A stretch of 63,969 nt of DNA, the filler included, from Trypethelium eluteriae (lineage: Eukaryota): the NCBI GenBank assembly GCA_051942245.1. It is 3 parts of 3 records of this genome, joined end to end, with 100 filler letters (N's around TTAATTAATTAA, not from the genome) between each part and the next. Parts side by side here need not be neighbours in the genome. Positions count along the whole stretch, not along the records: positions 22,778 to 45,391 come from JAVECL010000437.1; positions 45,492 to 63,969 come from JAVECL010000559.1; 1 more part is not named here. One strand, 5' to 3'. Under the pieces are notes generated by a model. It was given only the letters and a program-made list of their open reading frames with translations. It ran no database searches and was not told where the DNA came from. Made by a program: the position numbers and the translations under genes. This document shows positions 35,941 through 49,580 of this stretch, one piece after another. Positions within the stretch are counted from its first letter, which is position 1. The number at the start of each line of letters is the position of its first letter.

Positions 35941-38900
35941 ATGCTAACGTGCTTGACCACAACTGTACATTGAGATATTATCCTGCTTATGCACGTTCTC
36001 GAGAAGGCAATGTCACTCTGAAGCTTCGAAGAACTGAATTAGAGTACCTATCGTAAGGATCTAATCATACGACTTCAATTAATAACTTCCCGAACTTCTC
36101 CCAGAGTTGATGCATTAATACCCGGAGGGAGAAAGGGAAAAAAAAGCCTCCCTTTTGATAGCTTGGCTATTGAAAGTCCACACTGCTGTGATATCGGGTA
36201 ATACACGACGATTAAGTTGTGGTTACTTGCAAGTTCGGAGCTTTCTAGCTCTCCGGTAGGTCTCCGAAGTAGCTGACGTTTGAGACTTCCCATTGACAGT
36301 GAGCTCTACACGGCCCTGACGGGTTTGGTGCTAGGTTTTTCTGGTCTCGATAGACTTTGCCGACTCTGTACCTCCTGGGTGCACTGTTGTTGGGTGTACA
36401 ATACAGTCTCTGCAAGGCAAGCCAGCATTTCAGTCTGGCCTATAAACTCATACCAGCCTGAAGGCCTCCCAAGCCATTATGCAGGAGAAGCCGAACCACC
36501 AAACTCAAGGTAGTGAAAGGAAAATCTCATATTGGGTATCTAACTTATTTCGATAAGAACTTTTTTGTTTTCCTTTTTTCTTTTCTTTACATACGCATGC
36601 AATGAATGAACATGTTTGTTTTATATAGCACGATGTAAAAATCCAGGAACTCATAATGCAAGAGTCGCCAGACCTGGCGTGAAAACTCGTATACATAAAG
36701 AGACCCAGAGCGGAGAGAGAGCTTTCACCCATATAGAGTTGAGACTACATCAATGTTCCTTCATATTCCAATAAGTTGTAGGAAAGCGTCATGTACATAT
36801 CAAGTTCTCGGCATTTTGAAAGGTATTCGTAGAATTCTAATGCAGCTGGTGGCGGAGTCCTGGCAGCTGGCATTGGCAATTGCTCGGTGTTCTCTCTATT
36901 CTCTCTGTTCTCTCGAGATACCTTTCTTTATTTACTTCTCTTTGCTTTCTCGAGCCATCGAAGCCTTGCAGACAACCTGTCTTCTTGTCTACATATGCTT
37001 CAGTTCTAATACTTCTCTCCGGTGATCAGATAAGATTATTAGGAGTGACCCTAACATCAGAATCGCAGCCTCCAATCTAGAATCAATCGATCGATAGGAA
37101 AGAATCTTAACATGGAAAAAGGTTCCCATTTTCTGCTTAGAGAGGGTCGTAGCCAAGGTAAAGTAGTATCAGTGTCTCACCGGTGCCAATCTGGGAGCAA
37201 TTGCAGGGCATGTCAGTATTAGTATTGTCGCATTACATTTCCTGAAGCTGGATGCTCTAGATAGGACACTCGCGGTAGATCCTGAGAAGCGACGATCCTG
37301 GTTGATAACGATTGGTATGTCAGTAGAACTACACGTTGTCCATAATAAAAACAGAATAGACATTAGCCATAAAGTATACCTGTCATGAATCTCTAGACAT
37401 GACATAATTTATTTTCAGACCAATAAGATGAAAGACTCCTCAAACGTGAGCATGTATCGTGACTTAGTTGATACTTTACATTGGGAAATATTAGCGTAGA
37501 CCAAGAATCTTTCTGAACATAAGGATCCCGGACGTCGATCATGAGCTTTGTACCACACCAAGTACTAAGTGGATACAAGTTTCACGGCGCCTTTATTGAT
37601 TCTGCAGGCTTTGCCATGTTGTGTCTCCACTACTGAACTTCATGAGTAATTGACCTCTGAACATCATGCGATAGATCTTCTGAGTTTGGATTCCGTGGTC
37701 TACAGAGTGGTGTGAATGTCGGTGGACGGGATGCCACTACAAGCTGGGCTCCCCTTCATTACATCATGATGCAAAGCACGAGCAAGGCGGCCGCAACTTT
37801 GTTGTTGTGGTTCGCGGTCGCGGCGATGTACTCCGTATGTATCCGCATGTCATTTCGTGCCCAAACAAGCTTAAACCTCTTGCAAGATTTTCACCGTCCA
37901 ATCGCACTGCATAGAAAACTCTTCCAATCCACCACCATCCCACGATCTTCTCCAAATACCCACAGCCACAGGACCCAGATCTTAGGTGAACCGTGGAAGA
38001 TCTGTCTACAATGATAATGTGCATTGGAACTCTTCCGGATCGGCGGTGCCCGACCATGCACCCATCGCCCCGGGTGAAGACTTAGACTCAGCCCTACCAT
38101 GGTCCTGGCATAGCGGATCCGAAAAGCTCCCTCAGGCCACCAGCTTTAGGTACCGCTTCCTTGCAATAACATTTGTCGCAAACTTTAGAGTCATCCACAT
38201 TCGTGGTAACCTATAGAAAAGATCTCCATCACGATATCAGCCTGCCTCTCGCCGTCTTGCGGATCTTGGCAGAATCGCTTTACTGTAACGATAAACAACA
38301 GACCTCATGATCACTGTTCCGCTCACGACACAGACACGGAAGCCTACAGCGCTGGGTCATAGCTGACATCAGCAGACAGAGCGTCTGGGGGTCCTTAACT
38401 AGTCTTAGCTCACGGGAGGTCTGCTTCTGCGGTCATGAAATAGCGTTCCCCACATGATCGTGTCGATGAGGCATTCAACGACGGCTGAGCGGGCCAAGAT
38501 TTAGAGGTCTCCATGACCCGCCTGACAGCATCGCAGACTTAAACCTAGAATTACGGGGTAACCCTCCTGGGTCTGGATTCTACACAGTCAGATAGACACC
38601 AGCGATTACCAGAGACAGAATCATCTCCCCAGAAGCTGACAAGAAGGCCACAGCTCGATGGTTCCAAGAAAAAAATATGTGGTGCGGCAGAGGAGAAATT
38701 GGGGTAAAGTCAACCAGTTCAGTTCCGGTCTCGGTGAAAACGCCTGAGGCGCCAGCTTCGGGGCCCATGGTAGCGACAATGACCTAACCACACACCAGAA
38801 TGGCAATGCATTGACCTTGTGTTCTGGAGGAGATCTAGGGGATGATTTGGGGCCCGCTCTACCACCTTTAATTAAATGGAGTCGTTCCGGATGCCACTAG

Positions 38901-41900
38901 TACAGGGCAAGCGTCTCGACATCGATTACACATCTAGACACTGCCAATCGGTCATTGTTTACATTCCCGCGACAGTGGCGTGCCGAGCAAGGTCCTCCAC
39001 GGCACGCCACCCCATGCAATTTATGAAAAATTGAGATGATCCAAGCCAGCCGCTCATGTGGAATTTTCAGAATAGCTCGGATACCATGACTATTATCAGG
39101 GACGCCACGTCGCTGTATGCGGCGTCGTTGGAATGAACCAGAAGGCGCCGCATGCCGGGAAGAGATCTCGAAGGGTTTCACAACATATACAATGGGTTTG
39201 TCTGCGTATGACGAACCACGTTATCCTTCCAAATGTTTGTTACACAGATCTGGATTGCATTATCTAGCTTGACACATGCTCCCGACTCGGCTTTGACAGC
39301 AGCTTTCGTGTCGTACCAACGACAAAGCCTGCAGAATAAACTAGGAATGAGCAGCATGTCGCCGAGCAACTGTATCAACTACTCCATATCTATGCACATC
39401 TGGTCCGATTAGTAGGCAGATAGCCTGAAAGGTCGAAACATTGATCTACATATTGGGGCTACTACGCTTGAGCGTGTGTGACAGTTTCTATTCAGGCAGG
39501 GGAGCTTCTAGAGGTCGCACAGCATCGAGCGAGCTGTCCTACCTTGCCCCCTTCCTCAGCTTGTACTCGAACAGGAGTATGCAGCCTTCCACAGACCTCA
39601 GGCCATTTCTGATGGCCGCGGATTTTGCGCCGTGAATTTACGACATCATGGAATTTCAGCTAGTCGGAACACTTTACCAAGAGGCGTCCTATACGGTACC
39701 ACCCTACAATCCCCAATCTCGCCTGGATCGGTCCATAGGTGCACCTTCTACCAAGCTCCTTCAACCCCTTAATGCTGCTGTATTACTTTCGTATACTGAC
39801 AAAAACGAGCGCCGCATATTTCTATATTTTGTTGTCATAAAGGTCCACTTGCCTAGCTTAGGAGTAAGACAAGCGAATGTGGAAGACTGCCGCGATGGTT
39901 CGGCCGCTTCCCTTCAAGATGATGATGGCATTGCGTGGCCTACCTTCAGGCTGCAGCTAAACAGTCCTGACGAGAGCCTTATAGGAATTATTAGCATGTC
40001 CAAGCAGGGGAACCCCAGCTTCCTAATCAAACTTACTCAAAACTCATAAAGCATAACAATTAACTGCTGACAGACTTGAAGCTATGATCCTTTTCATGTA
40101 GAACATTGCTAGTCCTGCATTCGCTCAAGACAGTGCTGCGCAATCAATTGCGGATGCCTCATTGCTCCTTTCGGATGAAGAGCAACATGTACCAGTACCA
40201 GGAGTCGCGACGACGAGCAGGGTCTAGACTCACTCCGTGAAGTAGCCTGTCCAGCCAGCATTATCGAGACCTCGATGGTCCGCTTTGGTTGGGGAAAGGA
40301 TGAGCGTAGCGTAGCTGGAGTGGCTCCCGGTGGCAGACCGACATGAATGGTAATTACTTTTCGAGTCTCTGTGTGCAGCGTGGGAGTGCAGCTACATGTT
40401 TTGCAGGATATGGAGCAACCTAGAAGACTGCAAGCTACCGATGCACTTGCTTTTGCAAGAATCAACTCATGCGCATTGGGGCAGAGGTGACGACGACAAA
40501 GACGGTTTTCTATGACTCCAACAGAGTGTGACGATCTATCCATATACAGCCTCCCCCTTTAGCTTCATTTCGCCAGCGAATCAGGGAAGGACGTTATACA
40601 AGTGAGACCGTCACTTGAGAGAATACACGAAATTTGTCGCATTGTTATAGACGCCCGGCATATTGATCTATAAAAATACTTCGTTAGTTCAAGGCCGTCG
40701 TATTGAACTTTCTGTCAGGTTACGCGTGTATACGCTTCGTGATTCTCTTCTAGAAATGCTCGTATCTGCCGTCGAAAACAAGGGTGTACGGAACCTCTGG
40801 TCGACAGCCACATCTGCCTATTCCGCCTATGGAAAGCTCTACGGATATCGCGGCTTGATAGGGAGCTGCACACCTGCAGGTTTGCCGCAAACCCCCACGT
40901 CAGTTCCAGGAAAACTTCTCAGCATCCAATGAATCGACCTCGCATACCGCAATTGGAAAATGAGGTTCTGAAAAGTTGGAATCTCTGCATTGGCAGGTTC
41001 AGCCTTGAGTGACACACGCCGCGTGGCCTGGGATTACTGCTGCGGTACGGAGTACGACAAACGCTTCTTGAAGATCATTGACCAGTGTTTCGTATAGAAT
41101 GTCTGACACAGGGAATAAAGAGTTCAAGAATTACGACTCCTAGTCATAGAAAGTCAATGGATCGACATTCTACGGCTCTAATGAAAGCTGGGCTATTAGT
41201 GACGTAAATTATGACCAGTACAGCACCATCTGTTGACCGCCCAGCTGTCCAGTCCATGGGCATGTCCAGATGAGTCAGAGCATTGAATATTAGGAGAGTT
41301 ACGATACGGTGAAGGAGTGGGGTAGAAGAATCGGCCTGCAGAAATTGTGAGGGCCCCCCATGGTGAAGGTCTGCCTTGGTAGCAATGTAGCTTTGCAGAC
41401 CATAGTACCACCGTACCTTTTGTGCGGATGGGTCCGGGATCACCGCCCCGCACGGCCCGTATTTCAAGACCAATTCGGACACTGGGTCTCTGCACGACGC
41501 AGCCACCACAGCCCCTGGGACCAGGGGAACGTCCAGGCCTCCGCCTACTAGTAGACTTCCGCTACGGCACTGCTTCCGAGGCGATCAAAAAAGCTTGGCA
41601 TTTCTTCGGCCAAACGCGCTAGGTACGTAGACACGGTACGTACAGAGCAGAGAAGCCTGAGTCAAGACAAGACACAAAACTCAAATCATAGAGGAGTCAG
41701 AGGAGGCGTAAAGAAAGCAGAGGGAGAGATAAGCTGGGCAGGGGAAAGCTGGGCGCGCCTCTGGCGGGGTCAAGGGTATGTGGTTAGCTGCTGCCAAGGG
41801 CTCTGACCTGACCTTTGAGCTGTCGTCTTACTGCCTGCAGCTCGCAGGATAAGAGGCGCGTGAGCTCGCGGGAGTAACCTGGGAGGATTTGAACAGGAAT

Positions 41901-44024
41901 AGGAGATACGGATCTTTACCCGAATAGCTTCAATGCCCAGCTCTTAAGCTGAAGCCACGATCGCTTGTGTTCTTGGGCGTGGCAGCCTCACTGGCTATCT
42001 TTGCTCTCCTCCGCAACGAGGCTTTCCACAGTGTGGGGGAAGAAAGCCTACATCAGCGGAGATCATAGGGAAAACGAAGACGGCTGCCAGTCAGACGGAC
42101 GCCAATAATAAGCTGATTGACGCTCCGGGCTTGAGCTCCGACCGCGAAGGTTCCAGGTCTTGGACATTCTACAAGGCCAAGCTCTGGTTCTGAGGATCAG
42201 CGCTCGCTTCTGTACGATACTGTTCGGGCGCAGCTCGAACGGTCAGGCGGGCACCTCATGTAGAAGCACCACGCGACGAATGAGATGCAAAGGACTCGCG
42301 AGCTGCAGGCGCCGCTTCTTGTGTACTTGCGGCGCTGGCTTCAGGGCAAGGTAACAAGAGAGCCTCCTCGACATGTCACCTCAGTAGAATTTCGACGAGG
42401 CGCTTCTTGCCATGTATTCCACGTTTCGTCAACTCACGTGTGAACTGCAGGTGTGCCAAAAGAGTCGCAACAAGAACCGTAAAACATTATTGTTTCATAT
42501 TTGGCTGGGATTTGCTGCAGGAAATTGGTAGGGCTGCGTGTGCGATCCATGCGTGGCGCAAACAAATCCCAGTGGCATGGAAAGGGACCCAGCATCCCAG
42601 TCGCCCCCCACCAGTACTTTGGTACCCGGATACGGAGTACCTCTCAAGCCATCACTAAGAATGAATTTGACCACGACATCAGCAGCGTCAAAATCGAAGA
42701 TTTTGCAACAACTCTAAACATCTGCGTGCGTTTCCGAGTTCTGTTTATCGCTAAGATTGCGAAGCTTGATTGAGGGCGAGCCATCAGCTCCCCAACATTT
42801 TGAAGCCCCAAGCGACCAACTCGGCCGGACACAGCCCTCGCGGTGCCTCGAGATCGATCTGAACAACAGACGGCAACCAACAGTGAGTCTGACAAAGCGC
42901 GAGCCCTCTTCTATATTCTCTTGCGAGCGAGCAAATAGTTGGTTATTCACAAAACAGCCCCCCGGCCACCACTACGACGACAGAGTTGGCAATATTGTTC
43001 CAAGTCCCCTTCAAAGAGCTCAAATCGGAATCAAACGTGTTTCATGGTGCTATTCCCGGATGCCGCCTTAAACTTTGGTTGACTAACCCCATTATTTGCT
43101 TGGCCCGAACACCATCAGAAGCGGATGAAGGTTTGCCCTCGTCTCATGCTTAGTGTCTTGACACCTTTCTCCATACATACAACACGAACGAGTACGGAGC
43201 ATTTTTACGAGCGGCATTGAATTTGTTTCCTACTCTAGAAGTGATTGAATGTTTTGAGTTGTGACAGAAAGGGGAGACTTGCACCCTTGAGTCAGACACG
43301 AGGCCGTCGGAGGTTTCAACAAGCTTCCAAGAACCTGGCGAGATAGAATGCGGGCAAGCTTGATCATGATTAGGTTCGACCGGATGGTGGTGGTGATGTA
43401 GTCATAGGGTTATTGGTAAAATTGAGACCGGTCCAGGGGTATTGGCCAAATGGACAAGTGGCTATGAGTTTTCGGGACTAGACGATCGACACGGCCGGGG
43501 GGCCACAGATGTTGACGGCGGTGATCGGTCCCTAGTGGCGTTTCGACAAGTCCGAGATTTTTTTTTCTCCCCTGTTCTGGATTCAGGCAAGCAAAGCGAA
43601 TGGCTTTACGCCCGTTTGATTAATCCCAGTGCCAATCGTCGGTTTCGGGGAGCGTTCACGACTCATTGAGCTTGCGCTGGTGCGCTGACATCATAACGTG
43701 GCTTCACCGATTTCTGCCTGCCTATGTAAAGATTGCTTACTCTCAAACGTCTCGGTTTTTACAAGCGCCGCAGCCGTACATTCTTATTCATCCTGTCACC
43801 CTGTAGCAGTCTCACCCCGGACGTGCGACTTAATTGACTTCAATATTGCCCGCATGCGTCTGGGGCGCTCACGTCAGGGTGTCAGAGTAGCTTTGCCACG
43901 CACGGAAACCCATAGGGCTGATGGAGATAACAATGTTCCGATAGCAAAAGGCGCCCGCATTGCGCGAGACTTTCCTAGCAACCCAGCACCCTAGCAAGCC
44001 ATCACCCATGTGCAGTAGTAGCCA

Positions 44025-44061
44025 TGCCCAGTGCCCAGTGCCCAGTGCCAAGTGCCCAGTG
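44025..44061. repeat. 7-bp tandem repeat (TGCCCAG) x ~5
   Basis: tgcccag tgcccag tgcccag tgccaag tgcccag tg. Confidence 0.88.
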
Positions 44062-45391
44062 GCCACGGTGGGATGAGGCCGGGGGATCCCCTGGTTTTGG
44101 GGCCCCAACCAATGGTATATGTAATTATAGCATGCCGCCCGCCTCCGCTAGGATCCTGCTACCACGCGAACCTTCGTTAGAAGCTTCCGCACAACAGCAC
44201 CCACGCACGAAACCTGCTTCATGGCGATAGGCGGTCGTCATGTGCTTTGTCCGTTCGCTCAGAATGGGCAGCAAGGGTCCTGCACGGAAGCTGCATGCGG
44301 GAGGTCCATCATCTCAAGGTCTTAGCCAGCCATCCAGGTCCGCCATGATTCAAACCGATTGAGGTCCAGCACCAGCGCCGCTAACGAACGAGCATTCTGA
44401 GGGCGCTGAGCTTACACACGTCAACCAGCTCCCCGGCGTGTGGGGCCAGATAGTCGAGATCGAGCTTGCCCCATGTCTGAGCGGTGGATCCGCCAGGAAG
44501 AACCTGGTGGGCAGTTTCTGAAAACAAACCGTACGAATAGCGTGCCGCCGGATGCAGCACTGACTGCAGCGACTCCAGGGTACTTTTCACGGACTGTGGT
44601 GACACAACCACGGATGGTGGGCGATGGATGATGGGTACGCCTCTGCAATGCACGCCGCCCCAGCGCCCAGCTCTCCCGCTTAGCGTTGTTGCGCACCGCC
44701 AGCGTTGCGGATCCTTTCCGGGCACCACTTTCGTACCAGTACCAAAGTATGTCCGTACCATACCCAGCACCCCAATCCGTCCGCCAAAAGCGACGTCTGC
44801 TTGTTCCCCGTCACCTCTCGTTTCCTCAGACAACGCCCATGTCTCATTCGTCCCCCGTGCGCCGGTACGTTCCATCTTGAGCTCAGCATCCCTTCTGTGG
44901 CTGACTCCGGCCATCCCGAATAGGTACCATGGGCCTCCCGTCTGCCTTGCCGAGCATGATTTGGCCTATCCCCCATACGACGATCCCACAATTCACCCCA
45001 TCAAGTATCTGACGCGGAGACGGCAAGCTTGCAGTCTTGTAAAATTCGTTATCGGTTGTACCGCTTCCCACGCTACGTCCAAGGATCATCTCAAATTTAG
45101 GAGCCCATGCGGACCCGGCCCCAAAGGCCACATGTCAACGCAATCCCTATATGCACCTTCTGCCAAACTTCGGATCCATGATATCTTGATTATGCAGAGA
45201 TTGTGATTGGCCCTCTAGCGGCGGCACAGGTTACTCATCTCTCCCCCCCCCGATCTGAGATGTAGATCAAGTCAACAACCACTGCTTCGTTCTAAGCTGA
45301 GAAATAAGCCTCAGCCGCTTCGTTGTCACCTTGAACGGCCTCTATCAAACCACGATATACATTCCTGGCCAACCCCACTCCCTTGGAAGAC

Positions 45392-45491
45392 NNNNNNNNN
45401 NNNNNNNNNNNNNNNNNNNNNNNNNNNNNNNNNNNTTAATTAATTAANNNNNNNNNNNNNNNNNNNNNNNNNNNNNNNNNNNNNNNNNNNN
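45392..45491. other. Assembly gap / artificial contig linker
   Basis: 44 N + TTAATTAATTAA + 44 N, identical in design to the first gap. Confidence 0.98.
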
Positions 45492-47921
45492 CCCATCGCC
45501 CCCGGATTGAAATCCGTCGGCTTCTGCGTCGTCGCGTACACAAACTCGACCTCGTCCAGGAGTACGTCGATGCCTTTGTTCAATCCCGCAGCGACGCGCT
45601 CGTCCAGCATCTGCTCGAATCGCTTCTTCTCCTTAATTGCCGCGTCGAGGAAGTCGTCCGGATCGACGAGTCGTGGCGTGATGAGCTCTTCAATGAAGAA
45701 GAGGTCGACCATTTGTTGGATCATATCGCCAACGTTGACGAGCTCGAGGAAAGTGACGAGGGGGGCGACGCCTTTGCGTCCGCTGGGGGTGGTGGGGGAT
45801 GCCAATGAGTGGCCATTCGAGGAGGCAGACGGAGTGGAAGGTTGCACGGCATCGCGAGGATTGTAGTTGGCGAGGTGGTCCACGGCTTTGTCGAATCCGC
45901 CCTTTATATGGCGGACTCCGAGGATTTTGATCAGGGAGATGAAGATGGTCTCGCAGCTTTCTCTGGCCTTGGACGCCGTGCACGATTGTGAGCCGACTTT
46001 GGCGAAGATAGCCAGACGTTCGATGCTCGCTTTGCCGAGATGGATGAGATTCAGTGCTACCTCAATGCTGAAGAGAGAGCGGATGCCTTCGAGTCTCGAG
46101 TTCATGATGGCTGTTTTTGCAGCAAGTTCGGTGGTCGGGAGATTTTCAGGTCTCTGGGAGGGAGATGCTGGACGTGTGCCAGGGGTTGAGGGTGAAGGAA
46201 TAGGACTCCCTGTTCTAGACGGGAGTTCAAGGCTGCTTCCTGTATAACTGCCTGTGTAGCTAGTAGATCGATGCCCTGGCTTGTTAGTCGTAGAAGGGGA
46301 TGATTTGGCGGGAAAGGCATTGACAGGCATCATGACAACTTTTCTGAAGGATTTCAGAAAGTCGCTCTTTGCAGCTTGGCGGGTCACATTCGACATGAAT
46401 AGAGATTCCGTAGATGCTTCCTCCTGAGATCGTTGCTTGTCCCAGGCTTCCACTTCCGCATCACATTTCATTTTAAAATACTCCAGCTCCTTTTCCATGT
46501 AAGGATCGACGTGAGGGTCTAAGCAAAGAACAATAAGCTCGTTCACCTGTTGAGCAAAATCATCTTTGCACCCTTTGGAGGACTTCAAGGAGTCTCCAAA
46601 TTGATGCATCTGATCATAGGTGTTTGACACGGCCTTAAGATAGCACTCAAGCGTTCGTCCGCGAGCCTCGCGAAAGAGGTTCTCCACATAGTCTGAAATT
46701 ACGTCGTCCATGGCTCGTCGAACAAAAGGAAGCAGAACATCGACTGTAGATGGAAAGACACGATCAATAAGCAGTGCTTGCTCATTGAGTGCTGCTGCAA
46801 GGCGACGAAAAAAATCTGCAGAGGCTTGCAGATTGATGTTATCTGAGGAGACTCCGCTCAATGCATCTGTCGGCCTGCCAAGAGAGCGTTTATTAGAGAT
46901 GACTGAACTTCTCTGTATAAAGACATCGACAGCCGATGAGCCTCCATTAAGCGTGACCAGGACATTGGCGAATTGTCTCATGTCACCATCTACATCTTCA
47001 GCTTGCACGCCTTGTTCGAACTCCCGAAGAGCTGCGTTTTCAAATATACCCATGATCGAATCAACCTTCTCCTCGCGAAGTAACCCACCTTCGGCAATGT
47101 CAGCTTTTGCAAATGTTCTCACTTGTGAAAGCATCTGTGCTCGTTGTTCTGGTTGCTGAAATGTTCGGAAAATGGCACTGTCATCTTGACCCGGCGTAAT
47201 CAAAAGGTCGAAATAATACGGTGCTAGAGCTCCATGTATCTTCCCATATTCTTGCCTTGCACTACCACGTATTGAACGAACCTTCGACATCACTTGCAGA
47301 ACTTCATTGGTGTCTTTTGGCGAGGACAGGAGACGATTCTGAAGTTTCTTGGGCGAGAGGTCTATTGCGCTGAAGCCGTCCTCGACTAGATGAGGTGCGG
47401 GCTTCTGGACAGCACTGGAACCGGTATTTTGCTGCGTATCGTCGATACTGGCATCGAAAAGCGTCTCGCTTCTTCGATGTCCACTATGTTGGCGTCCTGT
47501 TGCTCCATTCAAAGTGCCGTCTGCATAGGAGCCTGCCCTCTGCGCTTCCTCCACTTCTTTAGCCTGCGGTGCATCGAGCTTCTTCCTCCGAGCTTCGTCA
47601 TGGCGTCGTCTTGCCTCAGCTTCGTTCCAGCATCCCATTAATCTCAATTTTCGTATCCACCTAGTATCATCGTAGACCATATCCCTCATGCGCCTCGAAG
47701 TAAGTGCAAATCGTATAAGGTCAGGTCCAGGCAGGTAGTCCAGGATAGTAGCAATCAGTTCTAGCATAGGTCAGCAGTGAGGGACAATTTAATGGTTTCG
47801 GAGAGCCTGCACCTGCCGGCAGAACAGGCTTGCTATTGACTATCTGAGTGGACCGCAATGGAGCGAATAGATCCTTCTTCGAAGGTCCACCTGCCAGGGT
47901 TTTTCTTTTGTAGGCGGACAT
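45492..47921 (-). CDS. rcy1: Recyclin-1 F-box protein with Sec10-like helical region (3' end lost in the gap)
   Basis: Intron 47761-47812 gives F-box LPAELIATILDYL..DLIRFALTSRRMRDMVYDDTRW. Also FLELVNVGDMIQQMVDLFF and KKRFEQMLDERVAAGLNKGIDVL. Confidence 0.9.
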
Positions 47922-48513
47922 AATGCCTGGGGTCCTCTCATTGAGGAGAAGGCGACTGAGTATTTCAATTGACGCATGGGTGTTGAGTGATTGTGTCTTG
48001 ATCAATACAACGGATTTCTAGCCTCATGGAGCTGGGTGGGGAGATCTCGGCATAGATGGGGGTATGCACATGTCCTTTCTGGTGGTATCTTATATCTTAG
48101 TGACGGAGGGCGGAAAGGTGGGGGCGGGAAGTCAGACGTCAGGGTTGAAGTCTGCAGTATTTGATCAAAGCTTCCGGAATCGACACGCTCGACCAGTGTC
48201 ATCAGACATAGCTGAGGACGCAGTATGGTCAAGTTGTATGTACTGCAAAGGTTGCTTGGACGTTTCTATCCAGGTTTGGCATGAAATTGACGGCCATCAT
48301 CCTACCTTGCTCCTTGTGGCTGATTATGCTTCACACAAAAAGGCTTCACGTGGGATTTTCAATTGCTTAGGATCGAAGAGTCAGCACAACATCGTAATAT
48401 TATTATGGCTAAATGGGCTACACCGTACTCAATCCTCCCCATTTTCGAATGTTCCTCGTCGATCATTGGTAACCAACCTATTCCTTTTTCAAACATGACC
48501 TCCATGTTCATAT

Positions 48514-49215
48514 TTACGCCGTCCGCCTCAACACTGCATTCAATCCCTTCAAATCCCAATAAAATGGTCTTATCTCAGTTATCACGCCCTTTTGGCGGTC
48601 GACTTTGATGACTTGGGTGAAGGGGTTTTCCCATTCCTGCTGGCTTTCGCGAACGCGAAGTTTGAGATTGGAAACAACGACAACGAGATCCCCATTTTCG
48701 AGAACTTGAGGGTTCTGGACGTCAACGATATCGAAGTACCGCGACATCTCTTCGGCCCATTTGCGGAATCCTAGGAAGTATGATCAGCATGCATGGGATG
48801 AAGCGCGACCAGTAAGGAAGCTAAGAAGTTCTTGAGATATAAAGTACAGCAATCGCTGTAAAATCCCCCAAATTAATCACCAAAGCAATTTTCACAACGA
48901 TCTCTTTCCAAAAGACTTGGAGAACGATGCATTAATATGCGATAGGAGGTCTATCTACCTTCAGGCCCTTCGTACACCCCTCCGTACGGAACATCTTGAT
49001 GGATGAGAACCTCAGTCAGCAAGCTTCTATCCCCAAGGGGTATTGATGGTTCACTTCAGCACACCTGGTGAGTGAATCAATTTGACATCTGAAGCTAGGG
49101 TAGCAGCCATTCCAGAAAAATCTCCCTCTGTAAGCGGAGCCGACATGTAGATGCGTTCGGCTTCATAGAAACGATTGAGGATATCTGCTGCAGTGGGAAG
49201 GACATTGGTCGACAT
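48514..49215 (-). CDS. SnoaL-like / NTF2-fold small protein (3 exons)
   Basis: Spliced: ILNRFYEAERIYM...DFSGMAATLASDVKLIHSPDVPYGGVYEGPEGFRKWAEEM...GVITEIRPFYWD. Confidence 0.82.
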
Positions 49216-49580
49216 CTTAGGATAGGCTCTAGGTGAAAAAAAAAAAAAAATTTTTCTAGCGAGAAATACCACCAAAAAAAACACAGGTCACGTAAAATGA
49301 CATAGGGTAAAAGGGAAAGTCAATCGTCAATACATAGAACCTACATATATAAAGCATGAGGCTTTCAGCCACATTACAAACAGACCGGAAAGTGTTTCGT
49401 AAAAGAGCTGCAGGCGGCGAAAAGTATTTTAACTCCGTAGGACCGGTGAGTAATGACGATGTTTTTTCATCTTGCACTTCGCTCTGTTCGTGCGTGCATA
49501 GTGATGTGCATAAGCTATAAGCATTAGGAAGGTTTCCCGTGCTGACCCGGCGTACATCTTCCTTGGTTCCCGTCGGCGCA

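Larger units (their letters stand above)
32635..45391. promoter_or_regulatory. ~12.7-kb gene-free region upstream of the melanin PKS
   Basis: Only short ORFs (<200 aa) with no recognisable domains between the PKS ATG and the next gap. Confidence 0.6.

Noticed and set aside
44381..45206. Overlapping 177-aa and 192-aa ORFs as a cmr1-like gene
   Set aside because: No C2H2 or Zn2Cys6 motif, and the composition is not protein-like.
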